Under the pieces are notes generated by a model. The model was given only the letters and a program-made list of their open reading frames with translations. It did not search any database and was not told where the DNA came from. The position numbers and the translations under genes were made by a program. A stretch of 64,000 nucleotides of DNA from positions 62,001 through 126,000 of IMG/VR virus record IMGVR_UViG_3300005056_000001, one strand, 5' to 3'. Within the stretch, counting starts at the first letter, position 1, and each line of letters opens with the position of its first letter. This document shows, piece by piece, positions 9,559 to 19,019 of this stretch.

Positions 9559-9891
9559 TTAGTTGCAGTTACTTTCTTTCCAACCTTTTTTATAGGTGGA
9601 TTCGATTAGGTTATTAATATGTTTTTGCACGGATTCAAAGGGTTCAACCCTCAAGACTATTTTGTTTACGACGTCATACACGTCTTGGCTTGTTTTCTTG
9701 GGATCAGAAAAAGTTGATGTTATTATTTGGCCCAATACACCCTTCTTGTTTACGTATACCACCACATCCAAGATACTCACAGAAGGGTCTAGTTTGTAAC
9801 AGACCTCATTGACGAACATGTCCATGTGACACCCGTCTTTTTTAAGGACAGCCCAACCACCTTCTTCTTTACATTCTCCTATTTTAATCAT
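9559..9891 (-). CDS. hypothetical protein (110 aa)
   Basis: ORF in operon. Confidence 0.7.
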   Translation of the reverse strand: MIKIGECKEEGGWAVLKKDGCHMDMFVNEVCYKLDPSVSILDVVVYVNKKGVLGQIITSTFSDPKKTSQDVYDVVNKIVLRVEPFESVQKHINNLIESTYKKGWKESNCN

Positions 9892-9903
9892 TTTTGTATA
9901 ATT

Positions 9904-11649
9904 TTACATATTAAAATTGTGATAAATATTCCCGTCGGGTGCCATTGTAACCTCACCATCAATCACAGGAAGTTCCTTTAATGCAATTGCCATAATACCC
10001 TTTTCACGACACAAATCTGCCGTGTGGTTATAGACAGTCGGGTTGGTACAAATAACCGCCCTGTACCCCTCCAAATCGCTTGGTGACACAACATCCCTCA
10101 TTAATATTTCGGAAGCATCCAATGTAATAACATCATTGCCGCTCAAAAGTATTCCTTTGAATGACGGAATCTTATCTGTGACGAATGTGGACACTTCTAT
10201 ATTGGGCACCACATGGTCAAGCAAAGACTTTGTTATTTTGCCTTGTTGGTAGAGCTCGTTGTAGTAGTTGGCCTTGGCACGGGGCTGTATGTAGGCATCC
10301 TTTATTTGTGTGACAATAATACCGTCTTCTGTTGTGATATACTCGTACACGGTTGGTGCTTGGCGATAATCCTTTAGGGTTTTTGATATCCAATCCACAT
10401 AGTCGCAGGTATTCACATCAAACCTTTCTTCCTTGGTGCCCATATTAAACTCGGTACCGTCACCAAACACATATTCGCCAAACAGACCGATCTTTCCTGT
10501 GAAGGGGTCATGATTATAAATAACACCCGTGGTATTTGCCTCCTTGTACACCTGAATACCCAAGCCAAAACCAAACCCCCATTCCTTGGGAAATGTGTTT
10601 CTGTCCTTATTTTCTTTGATTATACGCACAACCTCATCCTCAAGACAGACCTTTTGGGTGTCAATAACCCATGAGTCCAATAGTCCCGACATAGGACGAA
10701 ATGGGGATGTTCTAAGCATAACAAGATTATTTCCCACCATTTTCTTTGACTTCCCAATTTTTCTTTGTGCAGACAGACATTTTGGATCCGAACCATATAA
10801 ACCGTGCTCGTATATTGCCTCACACTCGTCATAAGACAATGCAATAAATCTAGGAACAGACAAACCACGTTCCTTTGCCTCGGTTAATTTGTTGTACTTG
10901 GCCCCGAATTTCAAAAAATCGTCTCCAAAAACACCAATACCCTCCAACATGTCGTCAAAGTCCATTCCTACACCCTTGGTTTCACTTCCTGTTTTTATGG
11001 CATCCAACAACGGCAAAACCTTCTGACTGTCTCCGAATTCCATGACAATCTCGTCTTTGCCAAGTCTGTTATGGTATTCAATGACCGTCATTAATTGTTC
11101 CATGGTAGGATTTTTTGCACAAAGCTCCCACTTCCATCTACTCAGCTTTATTAGTTGATTCACCTCCCATCCGTCTGACTTGGCGGCAGGATTTAAACTA
11201 TGGGAATGTATGAACGGTGTGGCTGCCCCAACATAAATAGCACCATCAGGAGAAATAACAGCCGAGCCGTAATCCTGTAATTTATTGAGTGGCATATATT
11301 TTATGTCCTCGGCAAAGTGACGCTTGAATTGTCTTGGCAAAAACTCGTTGGTCAAAGAGGTGTTGTATGGGGCAACAAAAGACGTCTTATTGTTTTTGTT
11401 TAGGGTTCTGAGTTCCTTTCTTCTTTTTTTAAGCACGACTTTTTTTGCCTGCCAAGAATCGACATACATTTTGTGCGTGTCGAGGTATTCAATATTTTCG
11501 TCCCTAAGCCTGAAATATTTGTCTTCGTCGAGTTCGATTTTTGTTTGCTTCTTTTGCATGTCCAAATAAAAGTCCAATGTATTCACATCAAATTGTAGAT
11601 CATAGATATTTTGACATATGTCGTGGGCCTGTTGTTCTATTGTTTTCAT
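9904..11649 (-). CDS. PPDK/PEP-synthase-like dikinase (ATP-grasp + phosphohistidine domain, no PEP barrel)
   Basis: GAKYNKLTEAKERGLSVPRF (cf. GGKGANLAEM..GLPVPPGF), VMLRTS..MSGLLDS, TGVIYNHDPFTGKIGLFGEY, C-terminal NHTADLCREKGI (cf. SHAAIVARxxG). Confidence 0.75.
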   Translation of the reverse strand: MKTIEQQAHDICQNIYDLQFDVNTLDFYLDMQKKQTKIELDEDKYFRLRDENIEYLDTHKMYVDSWQAKKVVLKKRRKELRTLNKNNKTSFVAPYNTSLTNEFLPRQFKRHFAEDIKYMPLNKLQDYGSAVISPDGAIYVGAATPFIHSHSLNPAAKSDGWEVNQLIKLSRWKWELCAKNPTMEQLMTVIEYHNRLGKDEIVMEFGDSQKVLPLLDAIKTGSETKGVGMDFDDMLEGIGVFGDDFLKFGAKYNKLTEAKERGLSVPRFIALSYDECEAIYEHGLYGSDPKCLSAQRKIGKSKKMVGNNLVMLRTSPFRPMSGLLDSWVIDTQKVCLEDEVVRIIKENKDRNTFPKEWGFGFGLGIQVYKEANTTGVIYNHDPFTGKIGLFGEYVFGDGTEFNMGTKEERFDVNTCDYVDWISKTLKDYRQAPTVYEYITTEDGIIVTQIKDAYIQPRAKANYYNELYQQGKITKSLLDHVVPNIEVSTFVTDKIPSFKGILLSGNDVITLDASEILMRDVVSPSDLEGYRAVICTNPTVYNHTADLCREKGIMAIALKELPVIDGEVTMAPDGNIYHNFNM

Positions 11650-11658
11650 AATGTTGGT

Positions 11659-12498
11659 TTAAAAAATGACTGTGACATCAGGAAGCAATTTTTGAATCCT
11701 GTCCTGTTCGTCAATGGAAAGGTGACACTCATGAAGGATTAGTCTTGTTAATTTTTTCAATTCCTTGATACTGTTGGGAATTGTGTTTATGGGATTATGA
11801 CTAAGATCCAAAATTTCAAGTGATTCTAGGCCCGATATCGCCTGTGGTATTTCTTTGATGCCATTACCCGACAAATCAAGCAGCTCCAATGATTTTAGCC
11901 CACACAGGCAATTAGGAATAACATTAATATTGTTAGACCCTAGCTCAAGTGCCGCAAGATTGACAAGCTTTTCTATCCCTGAAGGAACAAGCTTTAGGTT
12001 GTTGTGAGATAAACGAATATCTGCCAAGTTTACACAGTCGTATAGCTCAACAGGAAACTCCTCGAATTTATTTCGACTTAGGTCAATCTCCTCCAACCAA
12101 CACAGCGCACTCAAGTCAGGAAGGCTTGCGAGCTTATTTCTTTGTGCCAATAATGTCCTTAGTCCTCCAAACATATTCAACCCATGAGGGAAAGAATCAA
12201 GTCCGCACCTGCTCACGTCCAAACCTTCTTGCTTTCTCAACACATCATAAGAGAGTCCTGTAATCTCGGACAGTTCCCTGTGTTTGTATGCACTTGATAC
12301 ATTTTCGGGATAGACATAATAATCAACCTCCTTTAAATTTGTTGGGTGGTGTATAACAACCTTTCCGTCATACTCGCACAGCTTCCCTATGATATGACTG
12401 CCGTCTTTTAGGTATGCCAATACATTGTCTCCAAAAATAACATTCCATGTGTTACTTTTGTTTAGTACGGGCACGTGTATTTCTATTTTTGCTTTCAT
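11659..12498 (-). CDS. LRR protein, family B (23-aa repeats) with distinct N-terminal domain
   Basis: LxxLxLxxNxxxxxP repeats after a ~95-aa domain shared with the adjacent gene. Confidence 0.9.
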   Translation of the reverse strand: MKAKIEIHVPVLNKSNTWNVIFGDNVLAYLKDGSHIIGKLCEYDGKVVIHHPTNLKEVDYYVYPENVSSAYKHRELSEITGLSYDVLRKQEGLDVSRCGLDSFPHGLNMFGGLRTLLAQRNKLASLPDLSALCWLEEIDLSRNKFEEFPVELYDCVNLADIRLSHNNLKLVPSGIEKLVNLAALELGSNNINVIPNCLCGLKSLELLDLSGNGIKEIPQAISGLESLEILDLSHNPINTIPNSIKELKKLTRLILHECHLSIDEQDRIQKLLPDVTVIF

Positions 12499-12516
12499 TG
12501 TTTTTTTGTTGGGTGG

Positions 12517-13314
12517 TTAAAAATGCACATGAACACTCGGCAACATTTTTTTTATTCGAATAAGTTCGTCGTTCGAAATATTTGTGTGTTCTAGATACAA
12601 ATTCTCTAGCTTATGCAAATTTTTGATACTGTCGGGGAGTGTTGTGAGGGGATTACCACACAAATCCAAGTATACCAAAGACTCTAGGTAGCCAATGCTC
12701 TTAGGAATCTTAACAAGCTTATTATGTCCCAAATCAAGATCCGTCAATTGTTTTAGGTTGCCTATTGACTCAGGCAAAACCTCAAGGACGTTATTGCTCA
12801 AATTTAAATCCTCTAGGTTGTTAATATCACCAATAGAGTCGGGTAATTTTTTTATCTTGTTGCGTTGGAGGTTTAGGCTTGTCAGATCCTTTAGACCCAT
12901 TTCCTCGGGCAAGGTTTCTATGTTGTTATTGGTGACACCAAGATTCCGTAGCCCCTCTAGGTCACAAACACCGTCAGGCAGGCACGTGAGATTTTTGTTA
13001 TGCAAAAACACATCATGTGGTCTTTGTTTGATGTCGGTCATTGTTCTTTGGGTGGCAGACAGTAATTCTTTAAGTTGGAATGCCTCATCAATGTTGTTTA
13101 ATTCGACATAATAAACCACCTCATCCCAATGTGTTGGCGTTCCGACCTTGTCGGTGTCGTTATTTGGAACCAACTCTCCCAATACCGTTTCGCCCTCCTT
13201 GAGGAAGCATATAACATTGGTGTCAAGCGGAAAGTTATAGTCGCCATTGCTTATTATGACAGGTTTTTTGAATTCTATTTCAAGGTTTACCCTGAATGTT
13301 TGCGGATTTTCCAT
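12517..13314 (-). CDS. LRR protein, family B, paralog of 11659-12498
   Basis: Start reset to the ATG at 13314 (MENPQ); shared N-domain (N.ICFLKEG..LG.L..PT..EV.YYV) followed by LPDSIGxL repeats. Confidence 0.9.
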   Translation of the reverse strand: MENPQTFRVNLEIEFKKPVIISNGDYNFPLDTNVICFLKEGETVLGELVPNNDTDKVGTPTHWDEVVYYVELNNIDEAFQLKELLSATQRTMTDIKQRPHDVFLHNKNLTCLPDGVCDLEGLRNLGVTNNNIETLPEEMGLKDLTSLNLQRNKIKKLPDSIGDINNLEDLNLSNNVLEVLPESIGNLKQLTDLDLGHNKLVKIPKSIGYLESLVYLDLCGNPLTTLPDSIKNLHKLENLYLEHTNISNDELIRIKKMLPSVHVHF

Positions 13315-13447
13315 ATTTTGTTTTATATTTTTTTTTTGTATGATTACAAATATAAACAAAAAATCCGTACCAAAGAATTTTGATACGGATTTTAATATAA
13401 AAATGTTTTTTGTGTGGGTTGGTAAAATTGGCAACGAAGGCTTTTAA

Positions 13448-13654
13448 TTAACCAACAACTTCGATTTCCCTGATTTTATCGTCTTTAATAGGAGCCCAAT
13501 AGCTGTCCCACATCAAGTATATATCATCACCTTCAAAGCCTATAATTTCCGCCCTGTATCGGATATGATCACTAAAACCTGCCCAAAAATCAATCACGTC
13601 ACCTTCATTGAATTTTTTGTGAGATTTCGATAGGGTTTTTGCGAATTCAATCAC
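13448..13654 (-). CDS. hypothetical protein (68 aa)
   Basis: Start overlaps the upstream stop. Confidence 0.65.
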   Translation of the reverse strand: MIEFAKTLSKSHKKFNEGDVIDFWAGFSDHIRYRAEIIGFEGDDIYLMWDSYWAPIKDDKIREIEVVG

Positions 13655-14487
13655 CTTTGACTTGGGCGACCTCCAACATAATCGCTATTACTATACCTAT
13701 CAACCAAATCTATAAATAAACCCCTCTCTAACGCTTCACCAAAATTCTTTTTAGCCATCATCTTAGGATCAATAATCTCAAGCGTATAGAAGTCGTTTGA
13801 ATGAAACCTAACACCCACATTGTTTGTTGTATCTTTGTTGTTTCCTGACCACCTAGATGTTGCACTAGGGAATCTATACAAGTCCTTGGCTAAATATAAA
13901 TTTTGACTCAACGGGTCTCTTTGTTTTAAAAAGTCGTCATCATCTGTGTATCGGTCAAATATATAGGACGCTGTTCGTTGTAGCTGAAAGTTGACCAAGC
14001 CTCTAATTACAAGCCAATTAGTCCATTTTTTCGGACGACCATTTAATGGCTTGTATGTTCCTAGAATAGAAAACACACGTTCAGTTTTAAAAAAGCTCAC
14101 GGTTGCTTTCATCATTTCTTCACCAATTTGAAGATCAATAACCTCCCCATCCGAGGCACCATCAACCAAGTCGTTGAAGGCGTTCACAAAGGACGCAATG
14201 GAGTCATACTCCCAATTCATGTTGTTGCACACCTTTAAATCGTCTCGGTTTCTATCGTCTTGGTCGTGGAAACGTATGGTGCTGCCTGTTCCTCGTGTTC
14301 CTGCATCGGTGACGTCGCTCACTACCACAGAACCTCCCCGATTTTTGTCTCTTTTTAATTCAAATCGCTGTCCGTTGTGTACCATAAATTCAAGGGTGTC
14401 TATCACACTGTCTATGTGACAAAAATTCATTTTAACCTTGTTTAAATTCTCGTCGTATGCCCCGTTGGGTATGTTTTTTAAGTTCAT
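13651..14487 (-). CDS. paralog family P member 1 (278 aa), unknown function
   Basis: MNLKNIPNGAYD..LNK start; LVIRGLVNFQLQ; FYTLEIIDPK plus a unique tail. Confidence 0.85.
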   Translation of the reverse strand: MNLKNIPNGAYDENLNKVKMNFCHIDSVIDTLEFMVHNGQRFELKRDKNRGGSVVVSDVTDAGTRGTGSTIRFHDQDDRNRDDLKVCNNMNWEYDSIASFVNAFNDLVDGASDGEVIDLQIGEEMMKATVSFFKTERVFSILGTYKPLNGRPKKWTNWLVIRGLVNFQLQRTASYIFDRYTDDDDFLKQRDPLSQNLYLAKDLYRFPSATSRWSGNNKDTTNNVGVRFHSNDFYTLEIIDPKMMAKKNFGEALERGLFIDLVDRYSNSDYVGGRPSQR

Positions 14488-14526
14488 GTTTTTGTGTTAT
14501 TTCTTTGTTTAGTGTTGCTTTTTGGT

Positions 14527-15243
14527 TTATAACTGAAGGTTGGGGTCAATAATCTCAAGTATGTAAAAATAGTTTTGATCAATACTAACCCTAATAGTGT
14601 TGTTTTGGTCATTATCACCTTCCCACCTTGATCTTGCATCAGGATAATTTGCCAAATCATTGGCCAAATATACATTCTTGGACAATGTGTCTCTACTTTT
14701 TAAATTGTCACCATACACATTAAGTGTGTCGGATTCTACTTGTTGTAACTGAAAGTTTGCCAAGCCTCTAACCACAAGCCAATTGCTCCATTTGCGTGGA
14801 CGTTTTTTCAATGGCGGGTAAGTTCCTAGAATGGAAAATGTACGACCCGTACCAAAATATGTTAGAGTAACATTCATGGACACGCCACCAACCTCAACAA
14901 ATTTAATTGCACCATCTGTTGCGGTGCTTGCCGACGCATTGAAGTAGTTTACAAAAGATGTAATAGAATCAAATTCTAGATTCATCCCGTCGCACACCTT
15001 CAAAGAGTCCTTGCTATTGATGTCATGAAACTTCAATCTAACTCCTGTGCCTCTTACTCCTGCATTGGTAACCTCGGAGCATATTATTGAGCCACGAGAC
15101 GGCTCTTTTTTCAATTCGAAGCGTTGGTTATCGTGGATTATATATTTTAATTTGTTTGTCGAGCTGTCAACACGACAAAAATCAAAATTTGTTTTGTTCA
15201 GATCAACGTCATATGCCCCGTTGGGTATGTTTTTTAAATTCAT
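14527..15243 (-). CDS. paralog family P member 2 (238 aa)
   Basis: Same motifs; ends ILEIIDPNLQL. Confidence 0.85.
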   Translation of the reverse strand: MNLKNIPNGAYDVDLNKTNFDFCRVDSSTNKLKYIIHDNQRFELKKEPSRGSIICSEVTNAGVRGTGVRLKFHDINSKDSLKVCDGMNLEFDSITSFVNYFNASASTATDGAIKFVEVGGVSMNVTLTYFGTGRTFSILGTYPPLKKRPRKWSNWLVVRGLANFQLQQVESDTLNVYGDNLKSRDTLSKNVYLANDLANYPDARSRWEGDNDQNNTIRVSIDQNYFYILEIIDPNLQL

Positions 15244-15264
15244 ATTTTGTTATGATTTGGTTGG

Positions 15265-15996
15265 TTATACCCGAATTTTAGGATCAATGATTTTAAGAAA
15301 ATAAGATTCGTCAGGATAAAACACCACATTAACAAAATTACTGTCGATATTCCCATCCTTCCAACTAGCATACGCATTTGTGTCGATATTTATGTCACTA
15401 GCAAAATCCGTGGTATTTTTCATATTTAATGGTGTCTTTGAGTTGTCCTGTCCGTTATCGAAATTATACAAACGAGATACTTCTTGTAGTTGAAAATTCA
15501 TAAGTCCACGAATCACCAATGCTCGTGTCCATTCTTTTGGTCTATTTCTTATTGGTTCATATAGACCCATAAGGGAAAAATATGAACTAGAATCCTTGAC
15601 GCTTACATTTGTCTTGAATTCGTTTTCGTTTAAAGTGACGGTGTCGCTATTAAATTCCCCTCTTGCACCCTTCGAAAGCTTTTCTAGGAGTTTTACCATA
15701 CCCGATATAAGCATATTACCATCACGATATATTCTGTATATACTATTCATTAATTTCGTACTATCATTCCAAATACCATGAATAGTTAATTCGATAATCT
15801 GCCCTCTTTCCATTCCCGATTCTGTAACGTCCTTTAGTGAGATGCTGCCCAAATTCATATTGGTAAATTCAATCTCGTACCGTCTACCTTTGTGTACAAT
15901 ATATTGCATACCATGATACCTAATATCACCGAGGTCTAGTGTTGTTTTATTTAAATCTTTGTCATAAGAACCGTCAGACACATTCGTTAATTTCAT
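15265..15996 (-). CDS. paralog family P member 3 (243 aa)
   Basis: Same motifs; ends LKIIDPKIRV. Confidence 0.85.
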   Translation of the reverse strand: MKLTNVSDGSYDKDLNKTTLDLGDIRYHGMQYIVHKGRRYEIEFTNMNLGSISLKDVTESGMERGQIIELTIHGIWNDSTKLMNSIYRIYRDGNMLISGMVKLLEKLSKGARGEFNSDTVTLNENEFKTNVSVKDSSSYFSLMGLYEPIRNRPKEWTRALVIRGLMNFQLQEVSRLYNFDNGQDNSKTPLNMKNTTDFASDINIDTNAYASWKDGNIDSNFVNVVFYPDESYFLKIIDPKIRV

Positions 15997-16039
15997 TTTT
16001 TTTAGTTGTAGTTGTTAATATTGTATGGACACAATATAA

Positions 16040-16090
16040 TTAATCACAGTCAACCCGAATTTTAGGATCAACAATTTCGAGAGTGTAATA
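16040..16090 (-). pseudogene. orphan 3' tip of a family P gene
   Basis: Translates YYTLEIVDPKIRVDCD-stop with no start codon; shares ACCCGAATTTTAGGATCAA with sites near 15269 and 16349. Confidence 0.75.
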
Positions 16091-16095
16091 CTAGT

Positions 16096-17076
16096 CTAAT
16101 TTACAACTGCCCAATACTCCTGTATTTCACCAACGGTTCTTAACCATTCCAAGTCTGTTGGTAGATTAATCTCTACTTCATGGTAAGGCAATGCCTCAAT
16201 TTTTTGACGGGCAATACGTGCTTGTTCGTCGGTTCCGATTAATTGAGAAGTGTAACCTGCTCTGTACCATTCAAACTTATCAGTAAATCTTAAGGTGTCA
16301 CCGTCCTTGATAACCCTTCCATTCATATCCATGATTTGGTCGTCGGATACCCGAATTTTAGGATCAATGATCTCTAGTGTGTAGAATTTATTTGAATGAA
16401 AACGAACCCCAACAAAATTGCTGTCATCGTTTCGACCACTCCAATTAACACCTGTACGACCAAAATCGCTGATCTCCTTGGCCAAATCCATATTAAACTT
16501 AACGTCCAATGGTTTCCTTGTGGTCTCCTGTCCGCTATAATCGTCAAATTTGTATGACGAGGTTTGTTGGAGTTGAAAATTCATTAGTCCACGTATCACC
16601 AATACACGTGACCATTTTTTCGGACGATTGACAATTTTCTTGTAGAATCCCATGATAGAAAATGCAGAACCCGAGCCCTCTATACTAATGTTTGTCGAAA
16701 ATTCATGCCCGTCTAGGTTCACGGTACCACGATTGTAGTTGCCACTTGCACCCTTGGCACCCTTTTCGAGTAATTTTATCAGACCCACCATACTTGCAGT
16801 ACCGCCACCAAAAACATTGATGGCATTCATTAGCACAACACTGTCCCCCCACTCACCCTCGATGGTCAGCTCGGTAATTTTGCCCCTTGCCATGCCTGCA
16901 TCCGTGACATCCTTTAGTGATATGCTCCCAATGTTCCAATTGGTAAACTTTATCTCGTAACGACGTCCTTTGTGGACGATATAGTGCATACCATCGTTCC
17001 AAACATCCCCCAAATCAAAAGTGGTCTTATTTAGTTTGCGGTCATAAACACCGTCCGATATATTTTTTAAGTTCAT
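16096..17076 (-). CDS. paralog family P member 4 with YopX-like C-terminal extension
   Basis: Start reset to the ATG at 17076 (MNLKNISDG). After LEIIDPKIRV comes DMNGRVIKDGDTL (cf. YopX DKNGKEIYEGDI). Confidence 0.85.
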   Translation of the reverse strand: MNLKNISDGVYDRKLNKTTFDLGDVWNDGMHYIVHKGRRYEIKFTNWNIGSISLKDVTDAGMARGKITELTIEGEWGDSVVLMNAINVFGGGTASMVGLIKLLEKGAKGASGNYNRGTVNLDGHEFSTNISIEGSGSAFSIMGFYKKIVNRPKKWSRVLVIRGLMNFQLQQTSSYKFDDYSGQETTRKPLDVKFNMDLAKEISDFGRTGVNWSGRNDDSNFVGVRFHSNKFYTLEIIDPKIRVSDDQIMDMNGRVIKDGDTLRFTDKFEWYRAGYTSQLIGTDEQARIARQKIEALPYHEVEINLPTDLEWLRTVGEIQEYWAVVN

Positions 17077-17119
17077 TTTCGTTGCTTTTAAGGTTTGAGT
17101 TAATAGTGTATGTACCAAC

Positions 17120-17332
17120 CTAGTTCATATCCTCGGTTGTGTCAGAAACAGGGGTACACAATAAGTCGGTATCGGCAGGAACTATTCCGTATTTCTCGCC
17201 CATTTCATCCTCGCTCAGCTGAACAATACCATTCTTCGTATTAACAAAGAATATTATTCCTTCCTCTGTATTGTTTGCCCCAATAACCAAGTCTGTACCA
17301 AGAGCAAATGCATTTATTTTTACGATTTTCAT
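17120..17332 (-). CDS. hypothetical protein (70 aa)
   Basis: ORF behind a promoter module. Confidence 0.7.
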   Translation of the reverse strand: MKIVKINAFALGTDLVIGANNTEEGIIFFVNTKNGIVQLSEDEMGEKYGIVPADTDLLCTPVSDTTEDMN

Positions 17333-17376
17333 TATGTTTTTGTTTTGATTAATTTGATAATGTAATACTACAACAA

Positions 17377-17410
17377 AAAGGTCATACCCACAAGTGTGAG
17401 TATGACCTTT
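17377..17410 (-). terminator. rho-independent terminator
   Basis: AAAGGTCATAC..GTATGACCTTT stem with a minus-strand U-tract, after the gene ending at 17428. Confidence 0.75.
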
Positions 17411-17427
17411 AACATTTCCTTAACAGT

Positions 17428-17781
17428 TTAATCCAAGACCGCCGCTGTCGAAAAGATATACCTCCAATGCTTTGGATATTCGGATTTGTCCTTGATAACC
17501 TGAATACATTTCGCCTTTAGGTCATGTGTCACGCTGTTGGCCCAATATGCCAATGTAAAATCACCGTCACAAAAGAAGTGGTCACAGCCTTCCATTTCAA
17601 TTTTATAGGCAATTGACCTTGCAAGTTTGTGGATGTGAAACTGTCGGGTGTTCTTGTCGATATCCACAACCATTTGGTACAACACAGGATGTGTGTCTTT
17701 AAGATAAACAAACTCGGCACCAAGAACATCCCCGAATTTTTTGTCGAATCTGATTTTTGAGCATACAAATACTTTTTTCAT
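17428..17781 (-). CDS. hypothetical protein (117 aa), weak Csx20/CARF-like resemblance
   Basis: Start reset to the ATG at 17781 (MKKVFV); EFVYL and DGDFTLAY motifs. Confidence 0.6.
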   Translation of the reverse strand: MKKVFVCSKIRFDKKFGDVLGAEFVYLKDTHPVLYQMVVDIDKNTRQFHIHKLARSIAYKIEMEGCDHFFCDGDFTLAYWANSVTHDLKAKCIQVIKDKSEYPKHWRYIFSTAAVLD

Positions 17782-17786
17782 GTCTT

Positions 17787-18431
17787 CTATTTTTTGTGTT
17801 TTGACAAAAACATGTCCAATCCGTATACCAAGGCCTTGTCCTGTCCATAGACCTCGGGTGTCATGACCGACAGGTCTTGGTTGTGTGTCTTTAGTACCCA
17901 ATCGGCAGCCTGTTGGAATGTTGGTGCAGGAATAAATGATTTTATGGATAGATAGTTTGTTACCCAATTCTTAGAAATATGGGCAATAGACCAAGAAAAA
18001 CTATCGTCATATGTCTTCGTCTTGTCGTTGAAGACCTTTTTGGTGGGAGTATCGAATCCTATTCTCTTTAAGGCAACCGCCTGTTTGTAGCTCACGGTAT
18101 GGATTTTGTCACACTCGACAGGCAACATATTGACCACGATTTTTTTTGTGTTGTCTCCAATAGTCTCGTGTGAACAAGACAGGCCCTGATCCTCGAATGC
18201 CTTGATTATATCGGTATCATTGCCGTTCCATGCAATGTTTAGTGTCCCGTTCCATAGTGCCGACTTCCAATTGTTGGTATTGAAAATAACATAGGGCTCC
18301 TTTGTGGATACCTTGGATAGCATGGATTCGTTTGATCCACCAACTCTACATTTTGCTTGGTAACCATTTCTTCTCAAATACTTGAAGGCTCTTTTGATGG
18401 CCTCAATCGTTTCTTTGTTTTTGTATTTCAT
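17787..18431 (-). CDS. hypothetical protein
   Basis: Start reset to the ATG at 18431 (MKYKNKE). Confidence 0.7.
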   Translation of the reverse strand: MKYKNKETIEAIKRAFKYLRRNGYQAKCRVGGSNESMLSKVSTKEPYVIFNTNNWKSALWNGTLNIAWNGNDTDIIKAFEDQGLSCSHETIGDNTKKIVVNMLPVECDKIHTVSYKQAVALKRIGFDTPTKKVFNDKTKTYDDSFSWSIAHISKNWVTNYLSIKSFIPAPTFQQAADWVLKTHNQDLSVMTPEVYGQDKALVYGLDMFLSKHKK

Positions 18432-18436
18432 AACTA

Positions 18437-18910
18437 TTATTTTTTTGGTATTAAATATCCTGTATAGTGTCCACAGTAGTTTTCGTTGGGACAAGGAGAA
18501 ATATTCGATGAGCACCTATTGCAATAACCATTTTCTTTGGCATTCCCATAGGTTCCGACCTCCCAATCAATCTTTTCCTTGGGGTCACGGATTTCGGCAA
18601 AGTCGTCCTCGTCTAACAGGTCGATTCTAATCTCTTCCTGTAAATTGAAAGGATTGCGAAATTTTAAACTGACATAAACAGACAGCACACCATCGAAAAA
18701 TCCACGGTTGGGACAGATGACACATTTTGTGATAGTCACCCACATCTGACCAATATGCCTTGTGTTGGATAGTAGGTTCTTTTTGAGGGCGAATTTATAT
18801 TCCTTGTTTTTGCCCTTGGATTGTTGCACCCAAACCGCCAACTCAAAACCGCTCAATGAATCTGCTGCATGTTCCAACACAGGCTTCTTTACTATTTTAA
18901 TTTTGTCCAT
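18437..18910 (-). CDS. hypothetical protein (157 aa) with C-terminal Cys cluster
   Basis: CxxC..C..C at the C-terminus. Confidence 0.7.
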   Translation of the reverse strand: MDKIKIVKKPVLEHAADSLSGFELAVWVQQSKGKNKEYKFALKKNLLSNTRHIGQMWVTITKCVICPNRGFFDGVLSVYVSLKFRNPFNLQEEIRIDLLDEDDFAEIRDPKEKIDWEVGTYGNAKENGYCNRCSSNISPCPNENYCGHYTGYLIPKK

Positions 18911-19019
18911 AATATTTTTGGTGTTGTTTAATACTTACAATACTACGACCAATAAAATTAAAAAACAACAAAAACCGTTATTTTAACATTATTTTAACGG
19001 TTGTAAAAGTAAAAGAAAC

